DNA of 54,264 nucleotides from Albugo candida (Eukaryota): NCBI GenBank assembly GCA_040437565.1, contig JBDOQK010000025.1, positions 372,001 to 426,264 of the forward strand, read 5' to 3'. Shown piece by piece: positions 45,138 to 54,264 of this stretch (position 1 is its first letter; each line of letters starts with the position of its first letter). The notes under the pieces were generated by a model. It saw only the letters and a program-made list of their open reading frames with translations, ran no database searches and was not told where the DNA came from. The position numbers and the translations under genes were made by a program.

Positions 45138-45938
45138 TTCAGTAATTCTGCAAAGAAATGCTTCAATTACAATGTGAAACCTCTTTGTAATTATTGCGAA
45201 ACCTGAACCGTCGACAAGTAGGTGGGTTCAAATGTCAGCGGCGCTACGAAAATTGCTATTGAATCGATACTTTTTCGATGTGCAGGGAAGAAATACCGTC
45301 AACTATTCTCAGGTACCAGCCAGCTCTAATAAACTGCTTTCGTTACAACAGCCACTATCCTATCACTGACTCTGCAATCATCCGGTCAGACAGAAATTGT
45401 GGCTCTTAAAGAATACTCATGTCGCATCACTTTACAATCGTACCCATTAGCCATATCAAATTCGAGCATTTCAATCTTAAGAATGGGATGTATCAATAGG
45501 TCATTCAAGTGTCCAGTTTGGTAGATAATTTATATACAAATGGAGGGATGTCGATCCAATCGGTCGGTTGCTCGGGCTTTTGGACGGTTCCTCGTAGCAG
45601 TCAGAATTAAAACGTACAAACAGGTCTTTTAGAAGACATGCAGTATCACTTTGGTTGTGGTCGTTCTGCGACTTGACTCATCGCACTAGAAATACATGTA
45701 TGCTTGTCTGCAGTGAATAGAGTAGCTCAGCCAAACTTGAATGTAATCGTATAAGTGAATGTATAGTTGCACATGCAAAGTTGCATTGCCAAAGTTTATA
45801 AGCTGATGAAAATGGCAACTACCCCTTTGAACATTTCTTTTATGCAAGTTCAATACTAAAAGACTTGTGCGTATGTCCCCGTTGCAAAAGCCGTTAATAA
45901 CAAACATAAGAGCTATTACTGACTTATATCTCAGCACT

Positions 45939-48799
45939 TCAATAAGAATTCTTTTCACGATCCTCTTTTATCATTTCAGCTGCAAAGGACGCAACAACAA
46001 GAACAGTGGAATGGACATTGCCATTCGGAATAAGTGGAATAACGGACGCATCCGCCACACGTAAATTATCGACCCCAAATACACGTAATCGATGGTCAAC
46101 AACACCGTCTTTAGGACTCAATCCAACGCTTGCACTTCCTACCCAATGGGAATTCCGATAATGGTTCTCTACTACCCACTGTGTCAATGCTACAAGGCGA
46201 AAAGAGGTGAAACTGGTAATCAGCGCAACGATAGTGTTTACCTTCTTGTGATTGTATTGCGTCACCCGGCACGATTTCAGACCCAGTGACCTCACGTAAA
46301 GCTGGCAAATATCACCAAGTCAGTAAACTTGAGCGAGATGGCGAAACGATCGATTCGTCTTACATGGTGAGGATACCAACTCTCGGACGACCTGGACTCC
46401 CCATGCCAAGTGCCGAGCATCTTTGGCACTCAAGTGAACGCTGCCCTCGTCGATTCTGACTGGATTGACTCGTGGAGCAATTTTGTGATCATTCGAATCT
46501 AGCTTTACAGTGTTCCTGGCATCGGGGCTCAATAGGGCCACTGTGAAAAGTAATCCATTTTTTTGGGGACCTTTGTTTGAGAAAATCGGTTCAGATGTAT
46601 GATTAGGAAAGAACGTGATTTGAATCGCCGGAAGTAGCGCGCCTGGAGGACTAAGGAAAGCACCAACACTAATTCCTGTGGAGCCCAGTATCCCAAAGCA
46701 ATCCTTCTCTCCACAAGTGGAGAGATTATGAGCCGCAAAATATTTTTCGAACGATGTTCTGTTGCCAATTCAAACAGAGTCAGCTGTGTGAATGAATGAG
46801 GTCATACGCCTTACCTCATATCGAAAGAAGAGAAATCAGCTTTCTCATAAACAATACCTATGACTGGATGGTCTTGTAGATTCTTTCCCACGCGCGGCAA
46901 ATGGCGCTTGACAGGAATCTTCAGTCGCTCCAAATCATTTTCTGGTCCGATTCCAGATAATAAAAGTATTTTTGGTGTATTGATCGCACCGGCCGTGAGA
47001 ACGACAGTAGCGCTTTTTGCAACAGGTACAATATACGTCTTTCCTGCACCATTGCCATCGTGCACAAGTACTCCTTCCACAGATGTTCCATCTTCGTTGA
47101 GAATTATTCTCTGANNNNNNNNNNNNNNNNNNNNNNNNNNNNNNNNNNNNNNNNNNNNNNNNNNNNNNNNNNNNNNNNNNNNNNNNNNNNNNNNNNNNNN
47201 NNNNNNNNNNNNNNGTGGAGAGATTATGAGCCGCAAAATATTTTTCGAACGATGTTCTGTTGCCAATTCAAACAGAGTCAGCTGTGTGAATGAATGAGGT
47301 CATACGCCTTACCTCATATCGAAAGAAGAGAAATCAGCTTTCTCATAAACAATACCTATGACTGGATGGTCTTGTAGATTCTTTCCCACGCGCGGCAAAT
47401 GGCGCTTGACAGGAATCTTCAGTCGCTCCAAATCATTTTCTGGTCCGATTCCAGATAATAAAAGTATTTTTGGTGTATTGATCGCACCGGCCGTGAGAAC
47501 GACAGTAGCGCTTTTTGCAACAGGTACAATATACGTCTTTCCTGCACCATTGCCATCGTGCACAAGTACTCCTTCCACAGATGTTCCATCTTCGTTGAGA
47601 ATTATTCTCTGAACGATTCGATATAGTAGTGTCACATTCACCGCTTCAGCAAAGGAAGAATACCTTGACAATTGTGTTAAGCTGGAGGTCAAAATTCGAT
47701 CGATTTTGCTGCAGCATCGGTCCAACTAACGCTCGAGCAGCACTGTCACGAACTCCATCTCTAATGTTGAAATGATAGTATCCTGCTCCTAAGCGTTCCT
47801 CTGGCACATTGAAATCCGCGCTTCGTCGTATATTCGATGCATCACAAGCTGCCAGAAATCGTTCACTCATGTCATCGCCGTGTGATGCGGCCAGACTCGT
47901 TCGAATGGGGCCATTTTTACCATGAAACTTGGAACTGGGACCATCGAAATCCTCCATTGCTACGTAGAGCTTTAATGCTTTCTCCCACGTCCAATTTTCT
48001 ATATTCCAAGCTGTAATATCGGATGGGAGCGCCCGTACTTTGTCAAGAATAAAAACATGAGAGATGAGCAGATTATGGCGTACAAGTAATGCGCTCACCG
48101 TAAAGCATTGCATTATGTATACCGCATCCACCCAATGCTTTGGCTACATTCACGTCCGGATAATCCCAGTGATACTTTTTGTTCTTTGCAACACTAGTCC
48201 AATAAAACGGTATATCGAATGGAGTGAGGTGATTGTGATTCGATTCTAGCTTGATAGATTCCTATACTTGGATACAAATGATGCCATTTTTGATATATGA
48301 GGTGAGAGGTAGGCTGACCTGTCCTCCGAGCACCGCTTGTGAAGCATTTCCAGCTTCGATCAAAAGCACTCTTGTCTTTGGATCGTCCGCAAGCAGTTTT
48401 GATACCACAGATCCTGCAGGACCGCCACCAATAACAACGACGTCATACTGCAATTACAAGAGATATCATCTCATTCATTCATTAAGAAAGCATCACTGGC
48501 ACCTCTTCCGATGATTTCGATACAAAAAGATTCCCATGCTTCGGCAGATGACTCAGAATTACGACAACCGCAAAGCTGATCAATCCAAATCCGACTGTAA
48601 GAACGGTTAAAGCCACAAGAACTCTCTCCGTAGGTATCTTCTCGCGTATCTTTCTGATGAAAACTTGGAAGGATGAATCCACCGGCTCCACTTCCGCAGC
48701 ACGGCCAGCCAAAAGCGGATCTTGATCGCGATAATATGGTCCTGTGCTCGCTCGTCGTCTTGGATTCAGTAAGGGAGTACGATCATTCATGGGCATCAT
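45939..48799 (-). CDS. GMC (glucose-methanol-choline) oxidoreductase with N-terminal type II membrane anchor, multi-exon
   Basis: YDVVVIGGGPAG FAD motif, VLLIEAG, AGAINTPKILLLSGIGP, VGKNLQDHP, HWVGS, GVVDHRLRVFGVDNLRVADASVIP. One exon is duplicated across the N gap at 47115-47214. Confidence 0.9.
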
Positions 48800-49122
48800 T
48801 CTGTTCAGTGCTTGTGATTCTCGCCTGCTCAATATCGATGACGACGTATCTTTAGGCGACAATAATGCAGTCAGTATCGCCAAGAAACTTAGTCAGTAAC
48901 GCACCTTTATAATTCAATAGCACTCGGATACTTATACAACCAGTTGGATCGATGTGAACGGAATAAATGTCTGCTTTATCCGTTACGACAAAAGGCAGAA
49001 ACGAATACGAATGAATGAAACGAAAAGACTTGCAGACAAATTGTAGCTATAGGAATATGAACAGGGCGGTATAAATTATTTGTGTTTGTTCCTGCTTTGT
49101 CGCAGAGCTTTATAGAAAACAA

Positions 49123-51801
49123 ATGGTGAACGCAACAGCTACACAGACAGAACTGATAGTTCTTATAGAACAAAGCAAAAAGCGTTTAAAAGAGAAAAGG
49201 AGATCACTTAGGGAGCATTCTGTGCATCATGATGAGAATGATGGTGTAAATGCTGACAGTTCGGAGTCTTCTCAATCGCATTTTTATGAGAAAGCGATTC
49301 GAACATCGTATGACACACTAAAGAAACGCGATTTGAATTCTTATTCTTCGACACCTCTTTATTTTTCGTGGGAGAGAGGACACAAACATGAGGATCGCAC
49401 TCTTCGAAAGTATAATGCGGTCGATAGGAAGGGCGAATTGCATACAGGTGGGGCACATGGAAGCATAAACAGCGCAGGAATTCCCAGTCATCGCAGTCCG
49501 AAATCTTTCAGCGAAGTGCAAATGAGTGGTAAGAAATCAGCTGACTGCGATCGATCCGTTGCTTCAATGGTGTATCCGATGTGGCAAAAGTCGTCGAGGA
49601 ACATTGACGGCGATTACTCGTCCAGGAAGGAGAAGAAAAAGAAATCAGTAGCAGACACTGGTGGAAAAGGCTTACATAAGAAAAGTACAATGTGGAGTGT
49701 GGATGGCAAATATTCAAGCGACGAAAATCTCGATAGTAAAAATATTATCAAAAGACGCGACAACGCAATTGATGAAATTCGTAAGTTACAAGCTCGATTA
49801 GATGCAAAATTGCATGTACTTGAGAAGCGAACCTTTGGCAATCGACATCAACACGAACAGAACAATTACGAATTTGAGTGGAAGCGCTCAAATCCCATTA
49901 CACACAGCGCGGAAAAGTCGGGCAAAGTACCCAATTCCAATGATAGTGAATATCGGAACGTCGTCTCTGTCGCAGGAAATGAAAAGCACACACATTCACC
50001 TGATCAAGATTATTCTCAGGAAAAGTTCAAAGACATCGAAAAGGTTGATGAAATGCGTGAGTCTAATGGTCTGATTGAACGAATTATGTTGGAGCAAGGA
50101 ATAGGTTCTGAAACTCAGGACTGCAAATTTCAGCCGACAAAGCTGACAAAATCAGCTGATTTCAATGAAACACATCCGACACATCTTGAGAACCGGCAAA
50201 GTCGTGCTAGTCGAGCAGATAACAGCGTTACTGAAGATCATAGAATAAGTGACGCAGGCATTGACAGCGATTTGCCTGCGTCAAAAGTATCAGGACCCAC
50301 TCACGACATCCAGGCAAATACCGCATCAATCACGAATGAGAACTTATACGAGGATGCGTCAGAGTCAAAAGAAGCAGGTGATACACATCAGTCTACAGAA
50401 TGTAAGCAGAGTAAACCGATCAAAACATCAAAATGCACAACCTCATCGTACCAGGGTAAGAAGGGCACTAAAGAAGATGGCAGAAGTAGAAAAGCAACAA
50501 AGGCGCGGGCCTCGGTCTCGTTACCAGTCCAATCCGACTCGGAAACACCAGCATCGACTCATAAGCTATACGGTCACAAGACGAGTCACGTCGGTGAAAT
50601 CGGTACAATCTCGGATGATGAAGTTGAAGCTGCCCAAAGCATCTCCGAGTCAGATATGGATGAATCACAATCACAAAGCGCACGACAAGTCGAAAGTGAT
50701 CAGAAAAGTACAAAATTCAGTGAGTTGAGATCTGCAAATGTCGAAGATGTCACGGAAAAGCGCGATATTGGTCATAGATCACGGGGTGAAACAAAGACGA
50801 ATAATACTGAAATTCGAAAAGCAGGGAAAAAGGTGGCAGAGAAATACCATACTGAGAAGAAAAAGATCAATGCAACAGCTCATCGTAAAGAAGCGGATGT
50901 ATTGGAACAAAACCATTTCAAGCAAAAGATAAACAATGGCAAGAGAATTCAGCCGGTTGTTGTGGAAACACAAAGAGCGGACGATGACTGCATGAATTCC
51001 GATTCCGATAATGAAGAAAGTGAATCTGACATCGAAGTCTCTCAAAAAAACAGTGATGTGAAAAAACGACTGATTCATGACGCTAATAGTAGGAAGCGCG
51101 ATAAGAGAAAAGTGAGCCAGAGCCAGAAGTCCCAATCAATGCAAGTACGACCCGTGCAGTTTGATCACGAGCATTCTGGGATCCCTGCAAACTTGAAGAC
51201 GAAGGCGCACGAGAAGCGTACGTGCAAGAATGCAACTGAAAGCACTTCGGAAAAAGAAACTGGTCCTACTGAAATCGACTCCTCCAATTCAAGTTGTGGG
51301 AGCCTGCAATCTGGAGAAAGTGAGAGTGAAATTACTTCATCGGATATGTCGGAAGGAGTAGCTGTGGAAAATGTGGATACAAAGAGATGTCAAAAGACGA
51401 AGCGATCGCACGTCAGAAAGTCTTCTTTCTCATTTCCAAACGAGAACAATATCAAAGCCAAACGATCCTCATCATCTGAATCCGATTTCACAAAAGAATC
51501 TTCAAGTGACGCTTGTGACAAATCTCCCATTTGCTGGCCACGGGGGATGAAAAAAATGTATCGAGAGAAGTTGGAGAACATGAATTCAAAGACCCATTCA
51601 TTTGCTCCACCACGTATCAAACTTTTCCGTCAGCACTCTCAATTAGAGCAGTACTGGTTGTGGCTTCATTGGTATTCTGCCTGGCAACTGTGGTACATAC
51701 AGAAAGAATCGAACAAAGCAGAAAGAAAGAAAAAGAAGCAGTCAAGGGAGCACGCTGAGCGTGTGCGATCAGGAGACAGACGTGTGTGTCACGAAATGTA
51801 G
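49123..51801 (+). CDS. Hypothetical 892-aa hydrophilic, low-complexity protein
   Basis: Long intronless ORF rich in S/K/E/D; short coiled coils and a Trp/Tyr-rich C-terminal patch (YWLWLHWYSAWQLWY); no family recognised. Confidence 0.7.
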   Translation: MVNATATQTELIVLIEQSKKRLKEKRRSLREHSVHHDENDGVNADSSESSQSHFYEKAIRTSYDTLKKRDLNSYSSTPLYFSWERGHKHEDRTLRKYNAVDRKGELHTGGAHGSINSAGIPSHRSPKSFSEVQMSGKKSADCDRSVASMVYPMWQKSSRNIDGDYSSRKEKKKKSVADTGGKGLHKKSTMWSVDGKYSSDENLDSKNIIKRRDNAIDEIRKLQARLDAKLHVLEKRTFGNRHQHEQNNYEFEWKRSNPITHSAEKSGKVPNSNDSEYRNVVSVAGNEKHTHSPDQDYSQEKFKDIEKVDEMRESNGLIERIMLEQGIGSETQDCKFQPTKLTKSADFNETHPTHLENRQSRASRADNSVTEDHRISDAGIDSDLPASKVSGPTHDIQANTASITNENLYEDASESKEAGDTHQSTECKQSKPIKTSKCTTSSYQGKKGTKEDGRSRKATKARASVSLPVQSDSETPASTHKLYGHKTSHVGEIGTISDDEVEAAQSISESDMDESQSQSARQVESDQKSTKFSELRSANVEDVTEKRDIGHRSRGETKTNNTEIRKAGKKVAEKYHTEKKKINATAHRKEADVLEQNHFKQKINNGKRIQPVVVETQRADDDCMNSDSDNEESESDIEVSQKNSDVKKRLIHDANSRKRDKRKVSQSQKSQSMQVRPVQFDHEHSGIPANLKTKAHEKRTCKNATESTSEKETGPTEIDSSNSSCGSLQSGESESEITSSDMSEGVAVENVDTKRCQKTKRSHVRKSSFSFPNENNIKAKRSSSSESDFTKESSSDACDKSPICWPRGMKKMYREKLENMNSKTHSFAPPRIKLFRQHSQLEQYWLWLHWYSAWQLWYIQKESNKAERKKKKQSREHAERVRSGDRRVCHEM

Positions 51802-52493
51802 CTTGTGAACGACTATGTCGAAAAAGCTTTCCTGGGAGTTTAATTGACTATTTAGCATAGTAGTCGCATCCGCGATTGAGCTTGGTCTAACAACCACGTT
51901 TAAAGCTAGTTCCTAACAAGGAAATACGACGTATGCACCGCTGGCGCTGTACTGAATGTTTGTATCGATTACATAACACTCGTGGAGAGTTATCGCTGGT
52001 ATCCTGCAAATATCATACACATACAACCATTGTATATGCTATAAAGCGACCGAATGTGACCGAACGACTGCCCGCACTTAACTGTGACGCATACCGAAAT
52101 TGTGTTTAGTGTATCAGAATCGAAGTCTCTCACTTAAAGATGGCGANNNNNNNNNNNNNNNNNNNNNNNNNNNNNNNNNNNNNNNNNNNNNNNNNNNNNN
52201 NNNNNNNNNNNNNNNNNNNNNNNNNNNNNNNNNNNNNNNNNNNNNNACCACGTTTAAAGCTAGTTCCTAACAAGGAAATACGACGTATGCACCGCTGGCG
52301 CTGTACTGAATGTTTGTATCGATTACATAACACTCGTCGAGCGTTATCGCTGGTATCCTTCAAATATCACACATGTACAACCATTATATATGCTATAAAG
52401 CGACCGAATGTGACCGAACGACTGCCCGCACTTTACTGTGACGCATACCGAAATTGTGTTTAGTGTATCAGAATCGAAGTCTCTCACTTAAAG

Positions 52494-53514
52494 ATGGCGA
52501 GTAGCGTTGTGAGCGCGCTATTCGGTTCTTATGATCTCCGTAATGCTAAACAGTGGCGAGACGAAGATATCTTACATCGAGAACAGGAAGTACAATGGTT
52601 GAATGATGACGTCGTAAGGGCTCACGAATGGCGAAATGCGGATATTGAGCGATACCTTCGCAAAGAAAAGCTCGAAAATGAGCATTTGGTGTGTGCTGCC
52701 CGAGCTGATCAACTGGCTACTATATCGGAACAGTGCACTCTTTTGTGTGGTTTTACTGTAGCTTCTATGGTAAATTTGAACTTTCCGGAAGAACTCAGTC
52801 GTTTTGTGTTGGCGCTTTATGCTGTTTCTGCGAGCATTGTTGTACGTCCATACGTAACATATATGACTGATGGTATTGGATTGATCGTTATGTACCTCGT
52901 AGTGTGTTTCTTTGTTGCTCTGTACGCTACTCAGCTCCATGCTCTTGCTGGCAGTCACTCGTTATGCTTCATCTCAACTCGAGTTGGACATCAAACGAAT
53001 GGATCTATCTGAACTGGAAATACATGCTCCATTCACTGTGTGGTGGCTGAAAAAATGTGACGTCGAACATCGGACGGCAATGAAGCTGATGCTCATCGGG
53101 GTCACGCTTTTCTTTCAGTACCTGGGAACGCTAGCGTGGGTTCAGTTCATTCACTATCGAGCAGCATCGATCACAATATCGTCTTTAAGTGGCATCGGTT
53201 TTCTATTTTGGCAGGTCCGTGTTGCCTCTCGTTGGCGTTATCTACTGACTCCACCAGCAAGTTCGAGTACTTTCAAGAGTACAAGCTACTTGCGCGACTG
53301 CAATGGCTACTCTTCTGTTCGATCCAGCATTTACTCTGGTCGGTTGCCATCCACCATTCCATTTACGAAAAAGTTTTGGGGTCCCATGCAAAGTCCTGTG
53401 ACCAATGCTGAGCCCTTGAAATCAGTATCTTCTTCGAGTCGGCACAAGAATAAGGCAGTCTGCAAAGCATCAGTGTATGAAGAATTGAAGTCACCGAATC
53501 ATGACCGAATATGA
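52494..53514 (+). CDS. Orai (CRAC-channel) family four-TM protein, 2 exons
   Basis: Intron 52842-52902 joins the two ORFs in frame. TM1 RADQLATISEQCTLLCGFTVASMVNL resembles Orai1 [25 protein letters not shown]; TM3 ends LAWVQF (Orai1 LCWVKF). Confidence 0.8.
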
Positions 53515-54264
53515 CCGAAAAACGCTCTTCCTTGCTGATAATGAGCATTGAGCGCATCGATTACTACGAAGTCTGGTGGATCAAGAAGATTTTTGTCCGT
53601 TACTGTAGTCTGCAGTTTCTTTCTTGGATTCTTTCGACGATGTAGACAAGCAGTGAACCATTTCTTCATTCACATCTCGACTCACGTATTTGACTCGGAT
53701 GGAGTAATGAGGCTCTCAATTTACAACTCGCGGAAATATTCACAATGAAGGGTATGGCATAGCAACAGAGAAAAAAAAAAACCGAAAACGACTGCTGTCG
53801 AAGTATGGTCAGCATCGGTATCACGATATAAAAAAAAAAAAAAAAAAAAAAAAACNNNNNNNNNNNNNNNNNNNNNNNNNNNNNNNNNNNNNNNNNNNNN
53901 NNNNNNNNNNNNNNNNNNNNNNNNNNNNNNNNNNNNNNNNNNNNNNNNNNNNNNNAAAAAAAAAAAAAAAAAAAAAAAAATAGAATTTCAAGGATAAATG
54001 AAAATTCTTGATACCTTGCTGAGACACTCGAATAGCTCGAGATAGTCGCTGGGTGTCTATGCGTTCAGCAATGCAGAAAACGTCATTAAATTGAAACAAA
54101 CGCTCGATTTATACCTTCCGTTTCAAAAAAAAAAAAAAAAAAAACAGAATCATGAACGAGCTCACTATTCCATCGCATAACCTCGAAGAATATGCCCGCA
54201 GAAGGTAAAAGCGCAACGTGGGAGTCACACCATAATTGCGGTACACTACATATCAAACGATAAA

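Noticed and set aside
46717-47611. Apparent tandem exon duplication in the GMC oxidoreductase
   Set aside because: The copies look identical and flank a 100-N gap, like the other assembly overlaps.
53770-54145. Cluster of long poly(A) runs, possible retroposon tails
   Set aside because: Interrupted by an N gap; no target-site duplication or element body identifiable.

Overview
Eukaryotic, intron-containing, very compact genomic DNA from an oomycete, most probably the white-rust genus Albugo. This is inferred from three secreted proteins carrying the Albugo CCG/CHxC effector motif, short (mostly ~35-60 nt) GT-AG introns and very short intergenic distances. Two gene-dense blocks of housekeeping genes (1-14.2 kb and 29.3-53.5 kb) contain an F-box/C2H2 protein, an RWP-RK transcription factor, alpha-tubulin, an F-box/JmjC protein, a CENP-V/GFA-like protein, DnaJ, peroxisomal thiolase, prolidase, dihydroorotase, an MBOAT acyltransferase, dolichyldiphosphatase, a PX protein, a CAMKK-like kinase, cyclin C, a PUB protein, Med21, a GMC oxidoreductase and an Orai-like channel. 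They flank a ~15 kb gene-sparse island (14.2-29.3 kb) holding a decayed non-LTR retroelement and three large intronless CCG effector genes. By eye, all three effectors are built from five tandem ~100-aa cysteine modules. Ten 100-N scaffold gaps are present and most are flanked by duplicated sequence (assembly overlaps), which artificially splits some genes. All calls come from manual reading and motif recall; no database searches were run.
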